From Candidatus Methanomarinus sp. HR1 (lineage in GTDB: Archaea; Halobacteriota; Methanosarcinia; Methanosarcinales; Methanocomedenaceae): a stretch of DNA of 41,161 bases. Each line of letters starts with the position of its first letter. The stretch's first letter is position 1. Below are positions 15,290 to 25,453 of the stretch, piece after piece. Location: the NCBI GenBank assembly GCA_002926195.1, contig MZXQ01000095.1, positions 1 to 41,161 on the forward strand. Direction: 5' to 3'. The notes below the pieces were generated by a model. The model was not told the origin of the DNA. It saw nothing but the letters and a program-made list of their open reading frames with translations, and searched no databases. The position numbers and the translations under genes were made by a program.

Positions 15290-15979
15290 ATGATACAATC
15301 TACCAGATCAGGGATCACAGGTCTTGATGAATTAATTGGCGGCGGATTCCCTAATAATACTATTACATTGATCTATGGGCCACCGAAGACAGGTAAGTCC
15401 ATATTTTGTTACCAGTTCCTGCAACAGGCAATAACTGATGATGAATACTGCCTTTATATAATGACAGATTACAATCTTTCACAACTTGAAGAAACAATGA
15501 TGTATTTCAAATGGTTTATTCATGACTATTTTACTAAAAAGCAGCTTTATGTGATGGATATTGCATCAGGGTCGGTTGGTGCTGTCCAAAAAGAAACTGC
15601 TTCATTCAAGATATCTTCACCACAGAATCCAACAGAGATCATTAGCGAGATTATTGAGGAATTACAGTCCATCTACCAAAAAACGCATACATTCAGATCA
15701 ATTCTTGATTCTGCAACTACCCTGTTTGCCTACAATTCACCAATACTTATGATCAGGGTACTTAAATCATATACTATGAGGATAAAATTGGCTGGAAGTA
15801 CAGGCATAATCATCTATACGGAAGGAGTGGTAGATTCACAGATAGAGACCATGTTAAAGGCAACTGTAGATAATATTGTGCATATGGATGGAAAAAAGAT
15901 AACTGTTGAAGCGATGATGGGATGTGATCATGTAAGTGCTAATTACAAGATCACTGATAAGGGGATCATTATTATTTGA
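15290..15979 (+). CDS. KaiC/RecA-like ATPase, single domain, intact P-loop
   Basis: ITGLDELIGGGFPNNTITLIYGPPKTGKSIFCYQF contains the Walker A motif. FRSILDSATTLF is Walker B-like. Confidence 0.8.
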   Translation: MIQSTRSGITGLDELIGGGFPNNTITLIYGPPKTGKSIFCYQFLQQAITDDEYCLYIMTDYNLSQLEETMMYFKWFIHDYFTKKQLYVMDIASGSVGAVQKETASFKISSPQNPTEIISEIIEELQSIYQKTHTFRSILDSATTLFAYNSPILMIRVLKSYTMRIKLAGSTGIIIYTEGVVDSQIETMLKATVDNIVHMDGKKITVEAMMGCDHVSANYKITDKGIIII

Positions 15980-16002
15980 TTATTTATTATTTAGTCATTC
16001 GA

Positions 16003-16266
16003 TCATCCGAGAATGTCCTTAGTACGCCTTGCAACCATTATGATCCCGATCGCAACAATTCCCATACCAAGATTTCTTAAATAGCCTGCATAAGTAAATC
16101 CTGTTAAAGCAGTTATGATATAGGTCATATGGATTATACTTCCAAGTAGAATGACATACCAGCACTGCTTCCAGTAATCGATTTTGATGGACCTGATCGC
16201 ATATATGCATGCATAGATGAAGAACAGTCCGATCAGAAGTCTGACACATAACTCTACATTGAACAT
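16003..16266 (-). CDS. Small hydrophobic membrane protein (hypothetical)
   Basis: This 87-aa ORF has three predicted hydrophobic helices. I prefer it to the overlapping alternative frame 16019-16300. Confidence 0.4.
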   Translation of the reverse strand: MFNVELCVRLLIGLFFIYACIYAIRSIKIDYWKQCWYVILLGSIIHMTYIITALTGFTYAGYLRNLGMGIVAIGIIMVARRTKDILG

Positions 16267-16423
16267 AGTTTATTATGTTAGTTAATAAATTATAAAACAA
16301 TTGCCTTTTATTGATGACCTATAGGTGCTGGAGAACATAGACAATTTACATGCCGAAATTATTCACTGTTTGCGATAGTATTAATACTATAGAAACAAAA
16401 AACATATGTAAGAAGGAGATACA

Positions 16424-16909
16424 ATGCAATATAAGAATATTTTATTAATTATGCTGGTAATTTCATTAATGACCATATCAGTATTAACTGCGGGCTGTAC
16501 TGATAAAGAAACTACAGATGATGAAACTCCGACTCCCGGTGCAACACCTGCGTCTACTGCAACCCGGACTTCTACATCCACTCCTACATCCACTCCTACA
16601 TCTGAACCAACACCCGAAATTTCACCCACACCTACAAACGAGCCAAAAAATCATATGATTCGGATCCAGAATTATTTGTTCATTCCCCAGGGAGGAAAAG
16701 AGATCAATCAAGGTGATACTGTTCAGTGGCGAAATTATGAGGATAGTTCGAGTAAAATACGTTATCTGGTTAGCGAGAACGATTTATGGGATGAATATGA
16801 AATCATCAGATATAAAAGATCTTTTTATTATACCTTCAATGAAACTGGATTATATACCTTCCACCTAAAGGGCAGAGAATCAATAAAATGTAATGTTACT
16901 GTATCATAA
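16424..16909 (+). CDS. Secreted lipoprotein-like protein with Thr/Pro linker and cupredoxin-like beta domain
   Basis: AAGGAGA lies 5 nt before the ATG. It has a signal peptide plus lipobox LTAGC and a TP-rich linker (TSTPTSTPTSEPTP). The C-terminal pattern F.P....I..GDTV.W.N is plastocyanin-like, but copper ligands are not evident. Confidence 0.6.
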   Translation: MQYKNILLIMLVISLMTISVLTAGCTDKETTDDETPTPGATPASTATRTSTSTPTSTPTSEPTPEISPTPTNEPKNHMIRIQNYLFIPQGGKEINQGDTVQWRNYEDSSSKIRYLVSENDLWDEYEIIRYKRSFYYTFNETGLYTFHLKGRESIKCNVTVS

Positions 16910-16918
16910 ATTAAAACA

Positions 16919-18070
16919 ATGAAAACACAGATCATCAGCGAAGGAAATATTAGCATAAATGTACCCCTTTCTGATGATACATCTAATTTTTTACCATCTT
17001 CTGCTGCTGTGTTCTATAACCCGCAGACAGAACTAAACAGGGATATTACCACAGCAGTCGTTTCTGCTTTTATTTCATATAAGGAACTTGACCCATGCAG
17101 CCTTTTATATGCTGACATCATGTCAGCTACAGGTATCAGGGGCATAAGGATAGCCACTGAGGTCGGGTTGAAGTGCCATATGAATGACTGGAGTTTGGCA
17201 GCTTATCAACTGATGCAGGACAATCTCAGGGTGAACAATCTTCAAGCTCAATGTAGCGTCTCTCACCAGAATGCCAATACCCTGATGCACCAGGAGTCCT
17301 TTGATATTGTTGATCTTGATCCCTTTGGGTCTCCTGCACCGTATCTGGATTCTTCTGCTCGTTGTGTCAGAAAGTTATTATGCATCACTGCCACAGATAC
17401 TGCACCGCTTTGCGGTGCACATTTAGCCTCAGGTATTCGAAAATATTCCGCTTATCCGTTAAATACCGAATATCATAAAGAAATGGGTGCACGCATCCTG
17501 CTGGGAGCTGCCGTACGGGCACTGGCACTGCATGATAAAGGAGTAAAGGTATTATTAACCCATGCCACACGTCACTATGTCAGATCCTATCTTGAAATCA
17601 TACAGGGCGCATCTGTGGCAGATAAGACCATTGAAAAGATGGGGTATATCTCCCATTGCTTTAATTGCGGTTTTAGACAATGGCATTTTGGGCTGGTACC
17701 TGGTCTTGAACAGGAGTGTCCAAACTGCCATGGCCCCCTCAACTTTGCAGGACCGTTGTGGCTTGGCAGTATCCAGGATCCAGGGTTCTGTCAGGTAGTC
17801 CTGGATCAACTGGATGATAGACGTCCGGGCAAATGGAAACAAGCAGTGAAAATTGTTGCTTTCTGCCAGGAAGAGATAGATATTCCGACATATTATGACC
17901 AACACTGGTTATGCAAAAAACAGAAAATCTCACCCGGACCTATTGATGAACTGGTAAGTGTATTGAAAAAGGAAGGATTTGCATCTTCACGTACACATTT
18001 TTCAGGAACAGGGTTTAAGACTGATGCAAGTATTGTAGAAATCAAAAAAGTATTACATCGGTTTTTATAG
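16919..18070 (+). CDS. trm1: tRNA (guanine26-N2)-dimethyltransferase
   Basis: It has Trm1 motifs (FYNPQTELNRD, DLDPFGSPAPYLDSS) and a Zn motif (CFNCG...CPNCHG). Confidence 0.9.
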   Translation: MKTQIISEGNISINVPLSDDTSNFLPSSAAVFYNPQTELNRDITTAVVSAFISYKELDPCSLLYADIMSATGIRGIRIATEVGLKCHMNDWSLAAYQLMQDNLRVNNLQAQCSVSHQNANTLMHQESFDIVDLDPFGSPAPYLDSSARCVRKLLCITATDTAPLCGAHLASGIRKYSAYPLNTEYHKEMGARILLGAAVRALALHDKGVKVLLTHATRHYVRSYLEIIQGASVADKTIEKMGYISHCFNCGFRQWHFGLVPGLEQECPNCHGPLNFAGPLWLGSIQDPGFCQVVLDQLDDRRPGKWKQAVKIVAFCQEEIDIPTYYDQHWLCKKQKISPGPIDELVSVLKKEGFASSRTHFSGTGFKTDASIVEIKKVLHRFL

Positions 18071-18106
18071 ATATCTACTTATACTACTTTGGTAATCTAT
18101 TATTGT

Positions 18107-18424
18107 ATGACAAATAATGTAGTACAAGTCAGAATGCCATACGCATTACTTAAGAATATTGAAGAACTTGTTAAAAGGGGATACTATAAAAACAAAAGTG
18201 AGGTTATCATTGATGGAATGCGTCATTTTGTAGGTACAAAACAACCAGAAAGTGATATTGCTCAATATTTAAGAGATGAAATTCATGGAAGACAGATTAA
18301 GCAAGGATATTCAAAAAAAGAAATTGATGATCTTTGGAAAAAAGTTGAATCTAGAAATGAATGGAAAAAGCGGTTTGGATCAGATGCTGATAGTGTCATG
18401 GCATCAATTAGAGGAAGACAATGA
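18107..18424 (+). CDS. vapB: Ribbon-helix-helix (CopG-like) antitoxin
   Basis: VVQVRMPYALLKNIEELVKRGYYKNKSEVIIDGMRHF fits the RHH pattern. There is a 4-nt ATGA overlap with the PIN gene. I prefer the ATG at 18107 to the TTG at 18089. Confidence 0.65.
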   Translation: MTNNVVQVRMPYALLKNIEELVKRGYYKNKSEVIIDGMRHFVGTKQPESDIAQYLRDEIHGRQIKQGYSKKEIDDLWKKVESRNEWKKRFGSDADSVMASIRGRQ

Positions 18425-18870
18425 TATTGATCGATACGGATATTTTTGTAATAGAAAGACTTTTTAAAAATGATAAAAGATACACCATTAATAAGGAATT
18501 TCTGATAAGTGAAATTGAAGGCAAGTGCACTTCAATTTTTAATTTGTTTGAGTTGCTCGGTATTGCTTCTTTCAATTTAAATTCAAATGAATTAAAGAAA
18601 TTGTTCAAAAGTTTTCCAGAGATATATGATATGAAAGTATTATATCCGATTACATCTTATGAATCTGCAGAGGCTTTTATCGAACATTTTTTTGAAAATA
18701 CCTTTGAAAAAATCAGTTTAAAGATGAATTTAATGGATGCAATTATTCTAAATATAGCACAAGAGCATAATTGTTCTACATTTGTTACATGGAATTTGAA
18801 ACATTTTATAGGACGTACAGATATACCAGTAAAAACGCCTGAACAAATATTAGCAATTAATGCTTCATAA
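18421..18870 (+). CDS. vapC: PIN-domain toxin
   Basis: The N-terminal MILIDTDIFV contains the first acidic residue of the PIN motif. Later D/E positions and the ~150-aa size also fit. Confidence 0.75.
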   Translation: MILIDTDIFVIERLFKNDKRYTINKEFLISEIEGKCTSIFNLFELLGIASFNLNSNELKKLFKSFPEIYDMKVLYPITSYESAEAFIEHFFENTFEKISLKMNLMDAIILNIAQEHNCSTFVTWNLKHFIGRTDIPVKTPEQILAINAS

Positions 18871-19357
18871 ACCCCAAGATCATAAAAATCATAGACATAA
18901 TTACCACTGCTAAAGCAATACCTGTAATATCTGCCACCAGATCAAGGATGCTTACAACCCTTCCACTCACAAAAGACTGGTGTATTATCTCATCAGAGAT
19001 CGCATATAACACACCTATAACGAAAGCAAATACTGCTGCATATTTTCGTAAAAAAGAACTATGAGAATAATACATTGTCAGATAAAGAAGTGCCCCAAAC
19101 CCGACATATAATCCGAAATGAAGGATTTTATCATAATTGGAATAAATAATCGATGATAACTTATCTACGATATCTAACTCCAATATTTCAAAAATAGCAA
19201 GAAATTCACGTATATACTGTTTTTTTAAAAAACCAAAATGTGAAGCAACATCACTCTGTGATGAAAGATAAAAAATGAATATTGCATATACAATAGTGAG
19301 CAAAAAAAACACTTTGAATAGATCAACCAAACGCGGATATTTTTTTATCAATCTCAA
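18857..19357 (-). CDS. VanZ-like membrane protein
   Basis: The motifs DKILHFGLY and SDEIIHQSFVSGRVVSILDLVADITG are typical of the VanZ family. Confidence 0.65.
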   Translation of the reverse strand: MRLIKKYPRLVDLFKVFFLLTIVYAIFIFYLSSQSDVASHFGFLKKQYIREFLAIFEILELDIVDKLSSIIYSNYDKILHFGLYVGFGALLYLTMYYSHSSFLRKYAAVFAFVIGVLYAISDEIIHQSFVSGRVVSILDLVADITGIALAVVIMSMIFMILGFMKH

Positions 19358-19367
19358 AGATCTCCTG

Positions 19368-20138
19368 CTACAGTATATAGTATCCTGCAGATAAGATAAT
19401 AGTTAGAAGTCCCAGTACTATACAGAAGATTGAAAAATCGACTTTATCAGCAAACTTCAATAAAAAGTCCATCATAATATATCCAACTACCAGAGATGAT
19501 AAAAACATTACTCCACCACAGATGGGATCTACACTACCTATCATACCCACATCCAGAACAGCTGCACAGAGTACAACAGGAACACTGATTATAAAAGAGA
19601 CCGTCAAAGCAGATCTCTGATCTACATTTCGAAGCAGCAATGCAGTGATAGTTACGCCTGAGCGCGAAATACCAGGCAGTATAGCAAAACCCTGAGCAAG
19701 ACCTAACAGTACCATATCAAAAATTGTAATAGAATCAACTGATTTATGTCCGGAGTGTTTAGTCGTACCCAGAATGACACCAGTACAAATAAGAAGCACA
19801 CCAATTATAATCGTAGCACCCGAACCGCTGACAAATGTGTTCTTTAATAAAAAATATAGAGGAAGACCTGTCAGTCCTGTACAAAACGTGCTTATCAATA
19901 TAATCCTCAGGTATTCATTATTATGTCCGGATATTATTGATATAAATTCATCCTTAAATTTAATTAATACAGCAAATGATGTACCAAGATGCAAAAAGAT
20001 CGCTATTGAGAGTGCACTATCTATGTCCATATGCAAAATATTGAACATAATAAGCATACTCTGACCTTCGCTGCTAATAGGGAGCCATTCAAAAATTCCC
20101 TGAATAATCCCTAACATCAGCGCCTGGATAATATCCAT
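19368..20138 (-). CDS. uppP: Undecaprenyl-diphosphate phosphatase
   Basis: BacA/UppP motifs are present: QGIFEWLPISSEGQ and PGISRSGVTI. Confidence 0.9.
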   Translation of the reverse strand: MDIIQALMLGIIQGIFEWLPISSEGQSMLIMFNILHMDIDSALSIAIFLHLGTSFAVLIKFKDEFISIISGHNNEYLRIILISTFCTGLTGLPLYFLLKNTFVSGSGATIIIGVLLICTGVILGTTKHSGHKSVDSITIFDMVLLGLAQGFAILPGISRSGVTITALLLRNVDQRSALTVSFIISVPVVLCAAVLDVGMIGSVDPICGGVMFLSSLVVGYIMMDFLLKFADKVDFSIFCIVLGLLTIILSAGYYIL

Positions 20139-20166
20139 ATTTAACCCCCTGACAGTTTATATTTTC

Positions 20167-20307
20167 TTATATATAAAATAATACATATGCTATAATTCCG
20201 TACCCCAGGATCAGCATCACCAGCGAAATAAGCCAGAAATACCTGAGTATGGAAGCCTTTACCTCAGGCTCACTTAACCACTTCTTAGCTTTATTATATA
20301 GCGTCAT
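20167..20307 (-). CDS. Candidate 46-aa single-pass membrane peptide directly downstream of atpD
   Basis: It is below the ORF-track cutoff. My hand translation is MTLYNKAKKWLSEPEVKASILRYFWLISLVMLILGYGIIAYVLFYI*. The ATG lies 21 nt after the atpD stop. Confidence 0.3.
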   Translation of the reverse strand: MTLYNKAKKWLSEPEVKASILRYFWLISLVMLILGYGIIAYVLFYI

Positions 20308-20328
20308 TACAAAATAAAGCTACCCCAA

Positions 20329-20946
20329 TCAGGCCTTAATACGCTTAAGTCTAAAAGTATTCTCCCTTTCCATCTCATCCAGCCTGAGAATAATAAAATC
20401 TCTGGCCTCTGAAAGTTCCGGGATCACTTTAAACTCAAGTGCATTGACCCTGCGCTTGGTCTTCTCAATATCATCTAACAGTTTCTTGATAGTCGTCTCT
20501 ATCTCTGCTGCCAGGATAATCTTATCGACCAGGTTTTCATAAGCTTCCGCAGCCTCATCTATCCGGCTGCTTGTCCCTATAATACCATATCCCCTTTCAT
20601 TAATATCCTTTTTGATACTGCTGGACTCTATCTTAGGGACAACCACTCCCATTACGTTCTTGCTCTCTACTTCCAGTCTAGGTGTATCCTTGAATGAAAA
20701 AGCAGTAGACTTGACTGTAACAATTCCTTCAACTGACTTGGCAACATTGATCTTTTCCATAGAGCTAATGAACTGTTCATCCAGCTCAGCCCGTACTGTT
20801 TTGGCTTTTTTTAAGATCTCAAAGAACTCCAGGATCAACCCATCCCGCTTCATCTTGAGCAGTTTATGCCCACTCTCAGATAGTTTGATCTTCCTTTTTA
20901 GTTCAATTAGTTCTGAGCGAGTGGGCTTAACATCCTGTACAGTCAA
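20329..20946 (-). CDS. atpD: A1Ao ATP synthase subunit D
   Basis: The N-terminus KPTRSELIELKRKIKLSESGHKLLKMKRDGLI is typical of A/V-type subunit D. It is the last gene of the operon. Confidence 0.9.
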   Translation of the reverse strand: MTVQDVKPTRSELIELKRKIKLSESGHKLLKMKRDGLILEFFEILKKAKTVRAELDEQFISSMEKINVAKSVEGIVTVKSTAFSFKDTPRLEVESKNVMGVVVPKIESSSIKKDINERGYGIIGTSSRIDEAAEAYENLVDKIILAAEIETTIKKLLDDIEKTKRRVNALEFKVIPELSEARDFIILRLDEMERENTFRLKRIKA

Positions 20947-20960
20947 TGCAATATCTCCTT

Positions 20961-22337
20961 TTATTTTTTATGTGCCGGATGGTATTTCTCAATATACTTA
21001 TTATCTATCCTGACCAGCAATGACTCAGGGAGTTCTGCCAGCAGTTCCCATCCGATTGAAAGAGTTGTCTCGATATCCCTGTCTTCTTCAGGACCCTGAC
21101 GCACGAACCTGTCCTCAAACATATCTGCGAATTCAAGTAATTTTTTATCCCTGTCAGACAGCGCATCCTTACCAACAATAGCCACCAGGCCTCGTAAGTC
21201 CTTGCCTTCTGCATAAGCTGCATATAACTGATCTGATACTGCTTTGTGGTCTTCTCTGGTATGACCTTCACCAATACCGCTGTTCATCAACCTGCTAAGT
21301 GATGGCAGCACATTGATAGGCGGATATATACCTTTCATGTGAAGTTCCCTGGATACGACTATCTGGCCTTCTGTGATATATCCACTAAGATCAGGTATGG
21401 GGTGTGTAATATCATCACCAGGCATACTTAATATACTGAACTGGGTCACAGATCCTTTTCTACCCTTTATTACACCTGCCCGCTCATAGAGACTGGCCAG
21501 GTCAGTGTACATATAACCAGGATAACCACGTCTGCCAGGTACTTCTTCCCTGGCAGCACCCATCTGCCTTAGAGCCTCACAATAATTAGTAATATCAGTC
21601 AGGATGACAAGTACATGCATATCATGCTCATAAGCCAGATATTCAGCAGCAGTAAGTGCCATTCTCGGTGTGATCAATCGCTCAACTGCCGGGTCATTAG
21701 CAAGATTCAAGAATACTACTGCCCGCTCGAGAGCACCTGTACGCTCAAAATCATGCATGAAATACTGGGCTTCTTCATGGGTAATACCCATAGCTGCAAA
21801 AACCACAGCAAAATCTTCTTCACTACCAGGTACTTTTGCCTGCCTGGCGATCTGCAATGCGATCTCGTTATGGGGCAGTCCCGAGCCTGAGAAAATAGGT
21901 AGTTTCTGGCCCCTGACAAGCGTATTAGTACCATCAATAGTACTGATACCGGTCTGGATGAAATCCTCCGGCGGCATTCTGGAAAACGGATTAATAGCCG
22001 CACCCATTATATCAAGTCTATCTTCCGGTATAATAGCTGGCCCGCCATCTAATGGGTCTCCTGACCCTGACAGTATCCTGCCCAGCATATCAAATGATAC
22101 CGGTAGCTTGATAGTATCTCCACTGAACCGTACCCCACAGTCTCTATTCAGGCCGCCTGTACCTTCGAATACTTGTACTACCACAATATCATGGGATGTA
22201 TCCAGTACCTGACCTCGTTTTGTTGTACCATCCGGCAAATTGATATTCACCAGTTCATTGTAACCGACAGGTTCGGTCTTTTCAAGGAAGATAAGCGGAC
22301 CTGCGATCTCTGTGATCGTCTTATATTCTTTTGTCAA
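20961..22337 (-). CDS. atpB: A1Ao ATP synthase subunit B
   Basis: I trimmed the start to the TTG at 22337, giving (M)[14 protein letters not shown], the usual A-type B N-terminus. GGAGG lies 9 nt upstream. The ORF-track start at 22394 would overlap atpA by 56 nt. Confidence 0.9.
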   Translation of the reverse strand: MTKEYKTITEIAGPLIFLEKTEPVGYNELVNINLPDGTTKRGQVLDTSHDIVVVQVFEGTGGLNRDCGVRFSGDTIKLPVSFDMLGRILSGSGDPLDGGPAIIPEDRLDIMGAAINPFSRMPPEDFIQTGISTIDGTNTLVRGQKLPIFSGSGLPHNEIALQIARQAKVPGSEEDFAVVFAAMGITHEEAQYFMHDFERTGALERAVVFLNLANDPAVERLITPRMALTAAEYLAYEHDMHVLVILTDITNYCEALRQMGAAREEVPGRRGYPGYMYTDLASLYERAGVIKGRKGSVTQFSILSMPGDDITHPIPDLSGYITEGQIVVSRELHMKGIYPPINVLPSLSRLMNSGIGEGHTREDHKAVSDQLYAAYAEGKDLRGLVAIVGKDALSDRDKKLLEFADMFEDRFVRQGPEEDRDIETTLSIGWELLAELPESLLVRIDNKYIEKYHPAHKK

Positions 22338-22338
22338 T

Positions 22339-24108
22339 CTACTCAACCTCCTGAGTGGCACTGTCAGCAAATGATTCACCTTTGATCGAATCAAACTCTT
22401 TATCCATTTTATCCATCACCTTTTTCAGTGATCCATCGAAATCTTCCTCAAACCTTACCTTTGCCAGTTCATCCTTTGACTTCAGTGTAATGATATCCTG
22501 TATAAGTACACCGGATTCCAATGCCGCATTTGCCTTATCTGAAAACTTTTGTATAGCATCCAGCAGTTTGTATTGCTTGTCCATAGGACAGAAAGTATCT
22601 ATGGGATGGAATGCGTTTTGCTGCAGAAAGAACTCCCTGATCAATCTAGTGATCTCTAATGTCAATTGCTGATCGGGTGGGAGTGCATCCGAACCAACGA
22701 GTTGTACAATATCCTGAAGTTCAGCTTCCTGCTGAAGCAGATCCATAGCATCATCCCGAAGATCGGTCCACTGCGGAGATACATTCTCATCATACCACGG
22801 TGACAGTGCCTTGGAATACAAACTGTAACTGCTTAGCCAGTTGATGGACGGGAAATGACGCTTCTGGGCAAGTTTTGCATCAAGTGCCCAGAACACTTTC
22901 ACAATTCGCAGGGTATTCTGGGTGACAGGTTCTGAGAAGTCACCGCCGGGAGGAGATACAGCACCGATAATGGTGATAGAACCGTCAAGTCCTCCTAATG
23001 ATACTACTCTACCAGCTCTCTCATAGAACTCGCTTAAACGTGCGGATAAGTATGCCGGGTATCCCTCTTCACCGGGCATCTCTTCTAATCTTGATGATAT
23101 CTCTCGCATAGCTTCAGCCCATCTGCTGGTACTGTCTGCCATTAATGCCACATCATAACCCATATCCCTATAATATTCTGCAATAGTAATGCCGGTATAT
23201 ACACTGGCTTCCCTGGCAGCAACAGGCATATTACTGGTATTGGCTATAAGCACGGTTCTTTCCATTAGTGGCCTGCCTGTTTTCGGATCTTCCAGTTCAG
23301 GGAACTCATTAAGCACATCAGCCATCTCATTACCTCTCTCACCGCAGCCGATATATACCACGATCTCAGTATCGCTCCATTTTGCCAGCTGCTGCTGTGT
23401 AACGGTCTTACCGCTTCCGAAAGGTCCTGGAATAGCTGCTGTTCCGCCTTTTGCGACAGGGAACAATCCATCCAGGATCCGCTGCCCGGTAATAAGAGGA
23501 ATATTGGGCGGCAGCTTCTTAGAAACAGGCCTGGGTTCCCGTACAGGCCATTTATGCATCATCTTTATCTGAGTGCCGTTTGTAAGTGTGCATATAGTAT
23601 CCACAACTGTGAACTTTCCTTCTTTTATCTCAGCTACAGTACCTGAAATATTAGGTGGGATCATAATCTTGTGGTCCACATTATGGGTCTCCTTGACCAC
23701 TCCTATCACACTACCTCCGGATACTTTATCTCCTGCTTTCACAGATGATTTGAATTCCCAGGGTTTTTCATGATCCAGCCCGTCAATCATAACTCCGCGC
23801 CGGATAAAATCACCCATAGTATCTTTAAGAATAGGGAGGGATCGCTGTATGCCATCATATATACTCTTAAGAAGTCCGGGTCCTAATTCAACAGAAAGTG
23901 GCATACCAAGGTTTTCCACAGGTTCTCCAGGTCTGACACCTGCTGTCTCTTCATATACCTGGACAATTGATTTATCTCCTTCTATGCCGATAACTTCTCC
24001 CATCAGACCTTCATTACCTATTTTGACCACATCATACATCCGGGTATTAACACCCTGAATGGTAACTACAGGCCCCGATATTCTAAAAATTTCTCCTTTT
24101 ATTTCCAC
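22339..24108 (-). CDS. atpA: A1Ao ATP synthase catalytic subunit A
   Basis: It has the P-loop GPFGSGKT and the non-homologous region typical of A/V-type A subunits. The N-terminus is [15 protein letters not shown]. Confidence 0.95.
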   Translation of the reverse strand: MEIKGEIFRISGPVVTIQGVNTRMYDVVKIGNEGLMGEVIGIEGDKSIVQVYEETAGVRPGEPVENLGMPLSVELGPGLLKSIYDGIQRSLPILKDTMGDFIRRGVMIDGLDHEKPWEFKSSVKAGDKVSGGSVIGVVKETHNVDHKIMIPPNISGTVAEIKEGKFTVVDTICTLTNGTQIKMMHKWPVREPRPVSKKLPPNIPLITGQRILDGLFPVAKGGTAAIPGPFGSGKTVTQQQLAKWSDTEIVVYIGCGERGNEMADVLNEFPELEDPKTGRPLMERTVLIANTSNMPVAAREASVYTGITIAEYYRDMGYDVALMADSTSRWAEAMREISSRLEEMPGEEGYPAYLSARLSEFYERAGRVVSLGGLDGSITIIGAVSPPGGDFSEPVTQNTLRIVKVFWALDAKLAQKRHFPSINWLSSYSLYSKALSPWYDENVSPQWTDLRDDAMDLLQQEAELQDIVQLVGSDALPPDQQLTLEITRLIREFFLQQNAFHPIDTFCPMDKQYKLLDAIQKFSDKANAALESGVLIQDIITLKSKDELAKVRFEEDFDGSLKKVMDKMDKEFDSIKGESFADSATQEVE

Positions 24109-24398
24109 AGATCAACACCTACTGCTTGTTTAATTTTATCTCTCAAATTTGAACTTTCCCCTGCTCCGCCTATTGTAATTGTTGTTGGTGTTACTAATTC
24201 ATCTAACGTGATCCTTAGCTTTTCAGGTAATCCAGCCATGTCATCGTTGTGTATCACCAGCACTCCTACATCCTTATCTTTTAATATGTTCCGGATGATA
24301 GGCACAAGATCATCACCATTTGTCTCCAATATCTTTTTTACTCCGGCCATCCTGAAACCCAGGGTAAATTCACTTTTTCCAACTACTGCTATTTCCAT
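24099..24398 (-). CDS. atpF: A1Ao ATP synthase subunit F
   Basis: It is 99 aa, begins [20 protein letters not shown], and sits between C and A. Confidence 0.85.
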   Translation of the reverse strand: MEIAVVGKSEFTLGFRMAGVKKILETNGDDLVPIIRNILKDKDVGVLVIHNDDMAGLPEKLRITLDELVTPTTITIGGAGESSNLRDKIKQAVGVDLWK

Positions 24399-24400
24399 AA

Positions 24401-25453
24401 TTATATCACCAGTTGTTTTCTTATGGTCTCATCAGCTAATTGTGCCTCTTTACCACGCACTATAGTCCTTATATTTCTAACTTCAAGTTCTTTATTGAGC
24501 ATATAATCAAATATAGGCAGGATCGATAGTGGATAATAATGGGATATCTTAGATGCAAACGCAAGAGCATACTTATCCAGTACAGCTTCCATATCCTTGA
24601 GACTATCCATTTCAGCAGACACTACATCTGACAGTTCAGACCAATATGAATAATCTTCAAGTGCTTTTAGAAAATCCGACCACTGAAGTGATGCTAACTT
24701 ATTCAAATCAGCTGTTTTTATTTCAATACCTCCGGGAATCAACAGCTCAAAAATGATGGTTTTATCAAGATCAGCTTTCTTAGTCCGAAAAAGTGTCTTA
24801 AGGTTCTTAATATCTATCTCTGTTCTAATGAACTTAAGACTCAGTTTCTCAGCTTTGGTACTGCCAAGGGATGCAAGAAGTCTTGAATAATATAGTTTAT
24901 CCAGGTTATTCTCGACATCTGATAGCATAGCACCATCATAATCTTCGATAACAGGATAATAAGGTGTAAGATCAAGAGCAGCTTTAATATCTTCAATTGA
25001 ATTCATGCCAGCTATTTCAGTCAACTGACGATAACCCAACTGCCCGGCAGCTACAACAGTGTCAAGTATCTCTTCAAGATCAGCACCATAGTTTTTACCT
25101 CTTAAGATGGTTTTAATATTCCAGATGTCCCAGTGACGTAAATATTCTGTTATTAGATAATTAGGTTCATCACGGGATATACGCTGCAATTTTCGATATG
25201 TTCTGGCCAGATTCTGGTTCAGGGCATGTTCGAACAGGTCTATATCATTATATTGTTGAGCCAGTTCATCTACGTTCTCCTTATATTCGGATTCTTCAAT
25301 AAAACGAGTGATCTCAGCAATATCCATATTCATAAGTTTAGGATAAACTTCACGTGGCATCAATTTACTTTTCATAGCCCTGACTCTGGCTGTAATATAA
25401 GGATATTTCTTACTACCACGTTTGATAAAGAATGCCATAATGATCTCACCCAA
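24401..25453 (-). CDS. atpC: A1Ao ATP synthase subunit C
   Basis: YPYITARVRAMKSKL is the hallmark N-terminus. An alternative ATG at 25438 gives MAFFIKRG. Confidence 0.85.
   Translation of the reverse strand: MGEIIMAFFIKRGSKKYPYITARVRAMKSKLMPREVYPKLMNMDIAEITRFIEESEYKENVDELAQQYNDIDLFEHALNQNLARTYRKLQRISRDEPNYLITEYLRHWDIWNIKTILRGKNYGADLEEILDTVVAAGQLGYRQLTEIAGMNSIEDIKAALDLTPYYPVIEDYDGAMLSDVENNLDKLYYSRLLASLGSTKAEKLSLKFIRTEIDIKNLKTLFRTKKADLDKTIIFELLIPGGIEIKTADLNKLASLQWSDFLKALEDYSYWSELSDVVSAEMDSLKDMEAVLDKYALAFASKISHYYPLSILPIFDYMLNKELEVRNIRTIVRGKEAQLADETIRKQLVI

Noticed and set aside
16019-16300. Alternative 93-aa frame overlapping 16003-16266
   Set aside because: This frame is Cys/His/Asn-rich with no hydrophobic pattern. 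The other frame gives a coherent three-helix membrane protein. Both calls are low confidence.
16387-16629. Gly/Val/Asp-rich 80-aa minus-strand ORF
   Set aside because: It is the antisense reading of the Thr/Pro-rich linker of the lipoprotein gene 16424-16909, which has a strong RBS, signal peptide and lipobox.
22338-22394. 19-codon N-terminal extension of atpB overlapping atpA
   Set aside because: A-type B subunits begin near (M)xKEYKTI. The TTG at 22337 has GGAGG upstream and removes a 56-nt overlap.
24669-24681. 13-nt exact match (agaaaatccgacc) to the left half of hairpin module H6 inside atpC
   Set aside because: It has no complementary right arm, lies in conserved coding sequence (…WSDFL…), and the flanking 'actgaag' is in the wrong orientation for the element. 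I treat it as coincidence.
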